Of a stretch of 64,000 nt of DNA, positions 29,829 to 38,461 are shown one piece after another; position 1 is the first letter of the stretch, and each line of letters begins with the position of its first letter. The DNA is from a bacterium (GTDB lineage: Bacteria > Patescibacteriota > Microgenomatia > UBA1400 > UBA12108): positions 30,479 to 94,478 of the forward strand of contig JBAXNV010000001.1 in the NCBI GenBank assembly GCA_037133595.1, written 5' to 3'. Position numbers and translations under genes: made by a program. The notes under the pieces were generated by a model that searched no databases, was not told the DNA's origin, and was given only the letters and a program-made list of their open reading frames with translations.

Positions 29829-30857
29829 CTATTTTTCCAATTCATTCTGAATGTAATCGAGTGATTTCAATTTTTCAACAACCTCGTCGACGGTCAGTCG
29901 CTTGGTGTTATGAGAGGTATAATCCTCTTCCTTAGATATGTTCTTGTCTCCTACGCTAAAGTATTTTGAATAATTAAGGTCGCGGTTATCTGCTGGTATC
30001 CGGAAAAAATCTCCCAGATCCTCTGCCTTGGCCATTTCTTCGCGGTTAACAAGCGATTCAAATAATTTTTCACCATGTCTAGATCCGATAATTTTTAAGT
30101 TATTTTTTGCTTTAAAAATTATCAAAAGCGCCTTGGCCAAATCAAGGATAGTAGAGGCAGGTGCTTTTTGAACAAAAATATCCCCACCCAGTGCATGTTC
30201 ATAAGCATAAAGCACTAATTTAACAGATTCGTCAAGTGACATAAGAAATCTAGTCATGTCAGGATCGGTGACGGTAATATCCTTATTCTCTTTTATTTGT
30301 TTGATAAATAATGGAATAACTGATCCTCTAGATGCCATAACATTCCCGTATCGTGTAGCACAAAATATTGTTTTGCCGGGATTAGTGTTGCGGGATTTAG
30401 CCAGCATAAGTTTCTCCATCATTGCTTTCGACATTCCCATGGCATTAATGGGGTACACGGCTTTGTCAGTACTCAAGACGATAACTTTTTCTACATTATT
30501 GTGCTCTGCGGCATTCAATACGTTGTCTGCACCCAATATGTTTGTTCTTACTGCTTCCATCGGGAAAAATTCACACGAAGGAACCTGCTTAAGGGCTGCG
30601 GCGTGGAATACAAAGTTTACACCTCTCATTGCGTTATCAATTGTTTCCAGGTTCCTAACATCACCAATAATAAATTTAACTCTCATATCAGCAATTTCTA
30701 TTCTCATTTTCTCTTGTTTTTCTTCATCTCTACTAAAAATCCTAATTTCACCAATATCAGTATTATCCAAAAAATGTCGTAGCATTTTGTTGCCGAATGA
30801 ACCAGTACCACCAGTGATAAGAAGTGTTTTATTTTTAAAACTTATTGTTTTTTGCAT
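29829..30857 (-). CDS. fnlA: UDP-GlcNAc 4,6-dehydratase/5-epimerase (FnlA/WbjB/CapE/WbvB type)
   Basis: TGGTGSFG, SRDE.KQ, HAAALKQVPSCEF, STDKAVYPINAMG.SK, YGNVMASRGS, RHGEKL, DNRDLNY. Confidence 0.9.
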   Translation of the reverse strand: MQKTISFKNKTLLITGGTGSFGNKMLRHFLDNTDIGEIRIFSRDEEKQEKMRIEIADMRVKFIIGDVRNLETIDNAMRGVNFVFHAAALKQVPSCEFFPMEAVRTNILGADNVLNAAEHNNVEKVIVLSTDKAVYPINAMGMSKAMMEKLMLAKSRNTNPGKTIFCATRYGNVMASRGSVIPLFIKQIKENKDITVTDPDMTRFLMSLDESVKLVLYAYEHALGGDIFVQKAPASTILDLAKALLIIFKAKNNLKIIGSRHGEKLFESLVNREEMAKAEDLGDFFRIPADNRDLNYSKYFSVGDKNISKEEDYTSHNTKRLTVDEVVEKLKSLDYIQNELEK

Positions 30858-31752
30858 ATTGATCTCGATTATGTTTATAAAATTCTGAACCTAAAAAATC
30901 ATTATACATGTCAAAGATTAGTTTATTCCAGCTAGGCACATCATAATCAATAGATATCTTAAACTTGTCCGAATCAAGAGATCTATCAATTTCAATAGAT
31001 TCATCAGCACTTATAATAATTTTCTTCTGGTATATTTCCGCAACGATGGTAAGTAAATCATGTTTTGAAATTGGTCGAGCAGAAATGTGATGAAGTCCGA
31101 AAAGTTTATCATTGGGAATTATTTTATTTATCAACAATCTGGAAAATTCCAGCGTAGTCAACCCGGAGAATATTGCCTTTTTGTAACCTTTAACCGTAGC
31201 TTCTTGGCTCAAAAACCAGTTTATAAGGCTGATATTCGAACTTAGTTCATGTCCAATAATAGATGTTCGTAGAGTAAGAGTATTGGTACGATCGCTTACT
31301 TCACCCAAATACTTGGTCATACCATACACGTCATGACATGTGGGTTCATCATCTTCGTGGTAATTACCAGATTTACCATCAAACACACAATCAGTGGCTA
31401 TGGTAATAAATCTACAGTTATTTTTTTCACACAACTCTGAAACGAGGTGGGGGAATAACGCATTAATCTCTATACAATCTCTTATATTACTAGACTTATT
31501 CTGTTTGATGATGCCAATACAATTTATTACTATATCTGGATGAAGTGATTTAATTATACTTTCTACAGTATCTATCTTGTTGGCATAAACCCCATCAAAT
31601 ATTTTTAGATCAAAAATATTGGGTAATAGGCCAGCAAAGCTATTTTTGCTGGTAACAGTTCCATATACATCAAATTCTCGATTTTTTGACAAGGTTTCAA
31701 ATACTTTGTGACCTAACATTCCGCTCGCGCCAAGGACAATAATTCTTTTCAT
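30835..31752 (-). CDS. RmlD-like SDR sugar-nucleotide 4-reductase (WbvR type)
   Basis: GASGMLG, NCIG, N...PH, TDCVF.G, YG.TK, RTSIIG.E. Confidence 0.85.
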   Translation of the reverse strand: MKRIIVLGASGMLGHKVFETLSKNREFDVYGTVTSKNSFAGLLPNIFDLKIFDGVYANKIDTVESIIKSLHPDIVINCIGIIKQNKSSNIRDCIEINALFPHLVSELCEKNNCRFITIATDCVFDGKSGNYHEDDEPTCHDVYGMTKYLGEVSDRTNTLTLRTSIIGHELSSNISLINWFLSQEATVKGYKKAIFSGLTTLEFSRLLINKIIPNDKLFGLHHISARPISKHDLLTIVAEIYQKKIIISADESIEIDRSLDSDKFKISIDYDVPSWNKLIFDMYNDFLGSEFYKHNRDQYAKNNKF

Positions 31753-31835
31753 AATCTAGCTAAGATTATAGCAATTAAGTTTGTGGCAATATAGGGTATC
31801 TTCACCTAATCAATTCTACTTGGTACAATTCAAAT

Positions 31836-32444
31836 ATGGCTCAGATCAGCTTTCCATCAGACGACAATATCACTTACCTTTTTCTCGACTGGGGCGAGCT
31901 CGGCGCTCTTACCCAGGTACTAGCTACCAAGATCTTAGATTCTGGCGCTGCTCCATATGATCGTATCATAGCGCTTGCAACAGGCGGCCAGACGATGAGC
32001 AAAGCCATTAAGGATTATCTCAATATCCAAAATAGTAGCAGTATGCATATCTCTTTTTACACCGGTATTGGCACAACCAACAAAACTCCCGTTATCACCC
32101 AGTCAATAGCCACCGATCTGCAGGGTGAGCGCGTGCTTGTGTTCGACGATGTCAACGACACTGGGGCAACTCTCGAAGTAGCCAAGGCATATCTCCAAAT
32201 GCGAGGGGTCAAGAGTATCGACACCGCGTGTCTTTTGCAAAAGCCCCGCACCAAATGCCCTTCAACTTTCTTTGGCGACAGTACCGAGAGCTGGATTATC
32301 TTTCCCGATGAGGTAAGAGAAACCATCACCCTTCTTAGCTCTCGCTGGAGCAAGCAGGGGGTAAGTAAGCAAGATATCCACTCTCGCCTCAACCAGATCG
32401 GGTTTCTCGACTCACATCTAACGCTTATTGAGAACTATTCGTAA
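31836..32444 (+). CDS. Type I phosphoribosyltransferase (purine salvage, Gpt/Hpt-like)
   Basis: PRPP-binding VLVFDDVNDTGAT, GG, WI.FP. Confidence 0.85.
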   Translation: MAQISFPSDDNITYLFLDWGELGALTQVLATKILDSGAAPYDRIIALATGGQTMSKAIKDYLNIQNSSSMHISFYTGIGTTNKTPVITQSIATDLQGERVLVFDDVNDTGATLEVAKAYLQMRGVKSIDTACLLQKPRTKCPSTFFGDSTESWIIFPDEVRETITLLSSRWSKQGVSKQDIHSRLNQIGFLDSHLTLIENYS

Positions 32445-32447
32445 CAT

Positions 32448-33092
32448 CTATCCTGTTTTGGTAAGGTCGAGCTTCTTTACTACCAAGGTAATACTTGATT
32501 TGGCTTCTTCCCAATCAATATTCTGGTGCATTCTAGGCATTGGTTCGTGGTCTGCATCCTCAAAATAAACGAGCGATTTGAGGATGTGGGGGAGGTTGTA
32601 ATCAATATTTGGGTATTTATCTGGTAGATAATCGAGCAAGTCATTGAGCTTATATGTCTTGAGGATGGCGTACAGGTCTATAAAATCTTTTTTACTACCG
32701 CGCATACCAATTGTTTGAAGCTTGGTAAGAGCGACATCGAGAACAGAGCTAAGCAGAATGCTATCATATGGAACAAAATCAGACAATAAAGGGTAAGGAT
32801 AACCCAAGAATTGGACTTTTACTCCACGAATGTAGCAATTAAGCGTACTGTTGCCCAAAGTCGTGTTGGTTAGTGGGCCCAATACAGAAAGCTCATTCTG
32901 CAAAACAATGGGGTCAAAGTCGACAGAGCTAAAAAAATCCAAATCTTCTGACTCTCGATGACCAAGTTGAAGCGAAAGTGCAGTCCCACCCGATAAATAA
33001 AAGTTCTGTAAGAAAGAAGGTTTGCTAGACTGGATCTGCTCCAATAACCGGGCCGTACTGGGCGGTAATGTGTCTGGGAATAGTTGGTTCAT
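32448..33092 (-). CDS. AbiEii/AbiGii-type nucleotidyltransferase (type IV TA toxin-like)
   Basis: FYL.GGTALSLQLGHR.S.DLDF, KL..I..RG.KKDF.D, KSL.YF.DA; ATGA coupling. Confidence 0.85.
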   Translation of the reverse strand: MNQLFPDTLPPSTARLLEQIQSSKPSFLQNFYLSGGTALSLQLGHRESEDLDFFSSVDFDPIVLQNELSVLGPLTNTTLGNSTLNCYIRGVKVQFLGYPYPLLSDFVPYDSILLSSVLDVALTKLQTIGMRGSKKDFIDLYAILKTYKLNDLLDYLPDKYPNIDYNLPHILKSLVYFEDADHEPMPRMHQNIDWEEAKSSITLVVKKLDLTKTG

Positions 33093-33319
33093 GGCAAGTA
33101 CACCTTCCAAAAATTGGCAGACTTCTTGCTCAACTTAAACTTGTCTAGTCTTTGCCTAATTGAATCTATTCTTGTTTTACCAAATAGCCAGACGAGTGCC
33201 GATCTGTCACCTCGATCGAGGAGAGTTTGCGTTATGTAATTTTCGTGTTTTTCCCAAGAAAGATCACCCAAATCATCCCCCCAAAAAAATCTCGCTATGT
33301 TTTTAGGTAATCCAGACAC
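33089..33319 (-). CDS. DUF6922-like small protein, putative partner of the AbiEii-type toxin
   Basis: FFW.D, YI...LD.GD...L.WL, NFW; GTG start 6 nt after TGnTATAAT. Confidence 0.75.
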   Translation of the reverse strand: MSGLPKNIARFFWGDDLGDLSWEKHENYITQTLLDRGDRSALVWLFGKTRIDSIRQRLDKFKLSKKSANFWKVYLP

Positions 33320-33379
33320 CTACATATTATATCAAGTTTTTACCCATACTGGCAGCTTGCAATCATGTACAATTACCTC

Positions 33380-34723
33380 ATGCAAACACTACTTGTTGCC
33401 GCACTTGCCCTACTACTACGCATTCCTTTTCTCTCCCAATCTCTCTGGCTCGACGAGGCGATAGAGGCACTCGCTCTTCAGGGCAAAATGGGCCCCCTCC
33501 TCACCTACGCTCTTGCCGATTTTCAGCCACCTCTTTATCACGGCCTGCTCTATGTATGGACTCAGCTTGTTGGAACGAGCGAAGTGGCGCTACGCCTCCC
33601 CTCGCTACTTGCTGGGGTAGGGGTGGTAGTTGTCGGGCTCAAGCTGGCCGAGTTGTTGGCTGGCAAAAGGGCAGGGCTCATTGTGGGGCTACTTCTTGCA
33701 ACCAATCCTCTTCTTATCTACTACTCGGTAGAAGGCAGAACATACATGCTCACCACCTTCTTTGTCACTCTTTCGTTTTACTGCCTTTTTCGCTTGCTTC
33801 AAAATGCTAGTAAATCTCTCTCGCTCCTATACATGCTTGCAACAATCGGCATTGTCTGGACAAGCTATCTAGGTGCTCTGATTGTTGTGCTACAGGGTCT
33901 TTATCTCCTCGTCAACAAAAAGTGGTCACTTATTCTCCCGCTCGCACTTGGTGCTGGTACGATCGTCTTTTGGCTACCATCTTTTGTAAAGTCACTCGGG
34001 GTCGGGGGCACCAATCTAGCAACAAGCCCCATGTGGGCGAGTGTTGTTGGGCAGTTTAGCTGGAAGTCGCTCCCACTCACGTGGGTCAAGTTTGTGTTGG
34101 GTAGGATTTCGTTTGATAACAAATTAATTTATGCTGGGGTTGTTGGCCTCGTTGGGCTTTTGCATTTGTATATATTAAAAGGCTTTGTTCCAAAGCTCAA
34201 AGTTCCAAGTTCCAAGCTTCTGCTGCTTTGGCTTGTCGGCCCCGTCGTTCTTGGCCTAGTAATTACCAACTTTATCCCGGTCTATCAGTTCTTTCGCGTG
34301 CTCTTTGTCCTCCCAGCGTATTTTATGTTGTTGGGGCTAGCACTCTCTAATAGGCCTAGTAAGATCACAATCTACGCACTTGTTGCCACTCAACTCATCT
34401 TTCTCGGAGTTTACGCATTTTCTCCCCGCTTTCATCACGAAGACTGGCGAGCGCTTGTGGCAACCTATGGGGAAAACGCCACCTACGCGCTACCTAGTAT
34501 CGAACAAAACGCTCCACTACTATATTATGGCGTAGCAAGAGCCAGCATGCTTGAGCCCAAGGTAGGTATTGGTACAGCTTCAAATCAAATCGTCTACATT
34601 CGCTATGCCGAAGAAGTATTTGATGCCGGTGGGGTTGGGCGTGCCAATCTGCTCTCAAGTGGGTATACTAAGCTAAGCGAGCAAGTATTCTCAGGTCTTG
34701 CCACAGAGGTCTACGCAAAATGA
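33380..34723 (+). CDS. GT-C (PMT_2) membrane glycosyltransferase
   Basis: QSLWLDEA, D..PPLY, SE..LRLPS, YYS.E.R.Y. Confidence 0.85.
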   Translation: MQTLLVAALALLLRIPFLSQSLWLDEAIEALALQGKMGPLLTYALADFQPPLYHGLLYVWTQLVGTSEVALRLPSLLAGVGVVVVGLKLAELLAGKRAGLIVGLLLATNPLLIYYSVEGRTYMLTTFFVTLSFYCLFRLLQNASKSLSLLYMLATIGIVWTSYLGALIVVLQGLYLLVNKKWSLILPLALGAGTIVFWLPSFVKSLGVGGTNLATSPMWASVVGQFSWKSLPLTWVKFVLGRISFDNKLIYAGVVGLVGLLHLYILKGFVPKLKVPSSKLLLLWLVGPVVLGLVITNFIPVYQFFRVLFVLPAYFMLLGLALSNRPSKITIYALVATQLIFLGVYAFSPRFHHEDWRALVATYGENATYALPSIEQNAPLLYYGVARASMLEPKVGIGTASNQIVYIRYAEEVFDAGGVGRANLLSSGYTKLSEQVFSGLATEVYAK

Positions 34724-35829
34724 AAATAGGCATTGATATCTCCCAGATGGCATACACAGGTACCGGTGTTGCTCGCTACGTTTCGGGCATGACCAAGGCA
34801 CTATTAAAAGCTGGTTCTACTCACCAGTTTGTTTTGATCGCTGGAGCCCTTCAGCAAAGAAAGTTCTTTACCAATCTTGCCAATAGCTCAGAGTACAAGG
34901 GTATTGAGTTTCGTATCCTTCCTCTCCCTCCCAAGCTCGCTCGTCACCTCCTCAAGTTCCCCGTGCTAAACCCATTTATCAAAGATCTGGATCTCTTGCA
35001 TACTTCCGACTGGGCAGAACCCTTTACTAGCTGTCCTCGCGTCACTACTGTTCATGATCTTGTTTTTCACAAGTATCCCGAAACAGTTGATAAAGAAGTT
35101 CTCCAGGCACAAACAACGCGCCTTATCCGTATCGTCAAGTCGGGCACACATATTATCGCTGATTCACAGAGTACAAAAAATGATCTAAAAGAAATTTATC
35201 ATCTTGCAGATGATCAGATCGATGTGGTATATCCAGCTATAGATAGCGCATATTGTAAGGTAGAGAGTAACAAAATAGACCAAGTGAAATCAAAATATGG
35301 CATAAGTGGTAGGTATATTTTGTCGGTCGGTACGCAAGAGCCAAGGAAAAATCTCACTGGGATAATCGAGGCGTATACGGATCTCAAAAATGATCCCAGC
35401 TGGCAGGATGTTGCACTTGTTGTTACTGGCAAGTACGGTTGGGGCGATAAAATTGCTCCGGTACAGGGAATGGTTGCAACAGGTTATGTCGATGAGGTAG
35501 ATCTCCCAGCTCTATATTCTGGGGCCGATGTCTTTGTGTACCCAAGTTTTTATGAAGGGTTCGGATTCCCGGTGCTAGAGTCTATAGCCTGTGGCACACC
35601 CGTTGTCACAAGCAATATCTCATCTCTCCCAGAACTTGCGGGGCATGCGGCGGTACTAGTTGATCCAAATGATCATTTGGCGATTGCAGCTGGTATTACC
35701 GAAGCATACAAGCAAAGAGAAGCTCTTATAGCAAGCGGTCTTGAGAGAGCTAGCGAGTTGTCGTGGGCTAGATCCGCCGAACAAATTATTCGTATCTATG
35801 AAAAGGTCGTAGCAAATGCCAAAAAATAA
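34720..35829 (+). CDS. GT4 glycosyltransferase (MtfB-like)
   Basis: TGV.RY, TVHDL, GT.EPRKN, YPS.YEGFG.PVLE. Confidence 0.9.
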   Translation: MKIGIDISQMAYTGTGVARYVSGMTKALLKAGSTHQFVLIAGALQQRKFFTNLANSSEYKGIEFRILPLPPKLARHLLKFPVLNPFIKDLDLLHTSDWAEPFTSCPRVTTVHDLVFHKYPETVDKEVLQAQTTRLIRIVKSGTHIIADSQSTKNDLKEIYHLADDQIDVVYPAIDSAYCKVESNKIDQVKSKYGISGRYILSVGTQEPRKNLTGIIEAYTDLKNDPSWQDVALVVTGKYGWGDKIAPVQGMVATGYVDEVDLPALYSGADVFVYPSFYEGFGFPVLESIACGTPVVTSNISSLPELAGHAAVLVDPNDHLAIAAGITEAYKQREALIASGLERASELSWARSAEQIIRIYEKVVANAKK

Positions 35830-36928
35830 GAAATTATCAATTGCGCTTGATGGTAACGAAGCCAATGTGGTCGAGCGAGTTGGTACTGGGCAGTACGCTT
35901 TTAACATTCTTACTCGCTGGGCAGGGAACACTACGTACGACTTTCATATTTATCTGCGTACTCAGCCAGTAGCCGATATGCCCAAAGCCGGCAAGAACTG
36001 GCATTACCACGTTGTTGGGCCCAACAAAGCCTGGACTCGTCTTGCTCTCCCCCTAGCCCTAGCTCAGTCGCATCAACACGATGTTTTCTGGAATCCAGCC
36101 CACTACTTGCCGCCCTTTACCTTTGGCAAAAGCGTGGTTACGATCCACGATCTAGCGTACGAATATTTTCCCGAACTATTTCTCCCCAAGGACCTGTATC
36201 AACTCACCCACTGGACCAAGGCATCAGTCAAACATGCCACGCACGTTATCGCTGTCTCATCCGCTACCAAAAGAGATTTGGTCAAGCTCTACAGGGTGCC
36301 GGCTGGCAAAATCTCGGTAATCTACAATGGCTATGATCAAGATATCTTTAACACCAAGTTCAAACTCGACCCCAAAAAACTCCAAGACCACTCTCTTTCA
36401 TCGGGCGCCTTTATCCTCTTTGTTGGCACCATTCAGCCTAGGAAAAATCTCATCAACCTGATCCACGCCTTTGGGATCATGAAAGATCATGGTTACAAGG
36501 GAAAGTTGGTGATTGCAGGCAAGGTAGGTTGGCTAGCCGACGACACTCTTGCCGCCGTCGCTCACTCCAGCGTCAAGGATGATATTGTCCTTACTGGTTA
36601 TATTTCGGATGAAACGAGGCAACTTTTCAATCGCTATGCTTCAGTAGTTGTTCTCCCTAGTCTCTACGAAGGCTTTGGGATGCCGCTTATCGAGGCCATG
36701 GCCAGTGGCACTCCTGTTGCAGGCAGTAACAATAGTAGTATCCCCGAGGTAGTAGGGAAGGGTGGCGAGCTCTTTGATCCAAGCTCTCCAGATAGTATCG
36801 CCGCGGCAATTTTTAAGGTAATTAACAGTCGCACAAGCTATAGTAAACAAGCTCTTGCGCAGGCCGCCAAGTTCTCCTGGGATAAATGCGCAGATGAAAC
36901 ACTAAAAGCCTTGGTTGAGGTACAATAA
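35816..36928 (+). CDS. GT4 glycosyltransferase (MtfB-like)
   Basis: DGNEAN..RVG.G.Y, TIHDL, GTIQPRKN, PSLYEGFG.P.IEAM. Confidence 0.9.
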   Translation: MPKNKKLSIALDGNEANVVERVGTGQYAFNILTRWAGNTTYDFHIYLRTQPVADMPKAGKNWHYHVVGPNKAWTRLALPLALAQSHQHDVFWNPAHYLPPFTFGKSVVTIHDLAYEYFPELFLPKDLYQLTHWTKASVKHATHVIAVSSATKRDLVKLYRVPAGKISVIYNGYDQDIFNTKFKLDPKKLQDHSLSSGAFILFVGTIQPRKNLINLIHAFGIMKDHGYKGKLVIAGKVGWLADDTLAAVAHSSVKDDIVLTGYISDETRQLFNRYASVVVLPSLYEGFGMPLIEAMASGTPVAGSNNSSIPEVVGKGGELFDPSSPDSIAAAIFKVINSRTSYSKQALAQAAKFSWDKCADETLKALVEVQ

Positions 36929-36932
36929 ATCT

Positions 36933-37541
36933 ATGACCAAGTCGATATTTCGGGACAAACATGGCAAAGAGCTAAGCACCAAAGAGGCTTGGGTCAAGGT
37001 AATTAAGCGTTTTGAAAGCTACATTCTCGACTTTACCCTCATGTGTCTGCACTTTACAACTTATATCCCCCTCCACTTTGTGCGCAATTTTGTCTGGCAG
37101 TTGGTGGGCGTCAAGCTTGGCAACAAAAGTACTCTTCATACCGGCATTAGGGTGTTTGATCCTCGAGGGATTACTGTAGGGGAGGGAACAATCATAGGTT
37201 TTGGTTGTTTTCTCGATGGCAGATCCAAGCTAACAATCGGCAATCACACCGATATTGCCAGTGAGGCAATGATTTACAACGGGGAGCACGATATTCATGC
37301 TCCTGATTTTGCTGGTATTGAAGCTCCTGTCACAATCGGCGACTATGTCTTTATCGGTCCTCGCGCCATCATTCTCCCTGGGGTCACGATCGGCAAAGGC
37401 GCAGTGGTTGGGGCTGGGGCTGTTGTCACCAAGGATGTTGCACCATTTGCGATAGTTGGTGGCGTGCCTGCCAAAGTTATTGGCGAAAGAGAGCTCAAAG
37501 ATCCGCATTATGTACTTGGTCGTTTTAAGTTATTTCAATAG
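36933..37541 (+). CDS. Hexapeptide-repeat (LbH) O-acetyltransferase
   Basis: IG..T.I repeats, IGPRAIILPGVTIGKGAVVGAGAVVTKDV...GGVPA. Confidence 0.9.
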   Translation: MTKSIFRDKHGKELSTKEAWVKVIKRFESYILDFTLMCLHFTTYIPLHFVRNFVWQLVGVKLGNKSTLHTGIRVFDPRGITVGEGTIIGFGCFLDGRSKLTIGNHTDIASEAMIYNGEHDIHAPDFAGIEAPVTIGDYVFIGPRAIILPGVTIGKGAVVGAGAVVTKDVAPFAIVGGVPAKVIGERELKDPHYVLGRFKLFQ

Positions 37542-37549
37542 GAGTTAAC

Positions 37550-38461
37550 ATGATACTTGTATCTGTAATTATCGTTAGCTACAACACTCGCGAGCTCACT
37601 GTCAAAAGTATTAAGCACGCCCAAAAAAGCGCTGGTTTTGCCAAAGGTGAAATCGAGATAATCGTAATCGACAACAACTCCAAAGACGACACAGTAAGCT
37701 ACCTCAAAGAACACTATCCCGAGGTAGTACTTATTGCCAACCAAGACAATGTCGGCTTTGGCGGTGGCAACAATCAAGGCGCCAAGATTGCCAAGGGCAA
37801 GTATCTGCTACTTCTTAATACCGACGCATTTCTAGAGCCAGAGTCCCTACGCATACTTGTTGATGTACTAAAAAAACATGACGATATCGTCTCGGTCGGC
37901 CCACAACTGCGCTATGTCGACGGCAGTATGCAGCTTTCTGGCGGCTATCTCCCAACCCCTATGCGCGTTATGGCCTGGATGTGGTGGCTCGACAAGTTGC
38001 CACTTATTAAGAAGTTTTTTTCCACTCCTTATCATGTTTTTGATCTAGATTGGCACAAAAAGTCGCAGTATCCAGAGTGGCTTATGGGTGCTTGCGTATT
38101 GTTTCGACGCGACGAGTTTCTTGCCGCCGGTGGATTTGACGACAAGATATTTATGTACGCCGAAGAGGTGGAGCTTTATCGCAGGTTAAAGGAAAGTCTT
38201 GGCAAAAAAGTCTACTTTACAACCAAGACCAAAGTTGTCCATATGGGCGGCGCCAGTAGCAAAAAAGCCAATGCATATAGGCTCATGTACGAGCTTAAAG
38301 GCATCGAATATATTTATACCAAGCACTATCCCAACCTGTTATGGTTTGTCAAAGCCGTTATCTTTGTTGGGGTTATTTTGCGCATGCTTGTTTTTACTCT
38401 TATTCCAAGTCGCCGCGAGGCGCTTGTGGAGTATCAAAAATACTTTGAAGGAAATAAATAA
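37550..38461 (+). CDS. GT2 glycosyltransferase (WbbL/rhamnosyltransferase-like)
   Basis: IVSYNT, DNNS.D, N.GFG..NN, LLLNTD, GAC, FMY.EE; AGGAG RBS. Confidence 0.88.
   Translation: MILVSVIIVSYNTRELTVKSIKHAQKSAGFAKGEIEIIVIDNNSKDDTVSYLKEHYPEVVLIANQDNVGFGGGNNQGAKIAKGKYLLLLNTDAFLEPESLRILVDVLKKHDDIVSVGPQLRYVDGSMQLSGGYLPTPMRVMAWMWWLDKLPLIKKFFSTPYHVFDLDWHKKSQYPEWLMGACVLFRRDEFLAAGGFDDKIFMYAEEVELYRRLKESLGKKVYFTTKTKVVHMGGASSKKANAYRLMYELKGIEYIYTKHYPNLLWFVKAVIFVGVILRMLVFTLIPSRREALVEYQKYFEGNK

Noticed and set aside
30256-30888. 210-aa plus-strand ORF and the many other 60-140 aa nested or antisense ORFs
   Set aside because: They are shadows of well-supported genes such as fnlA and show no recognisable motifs.
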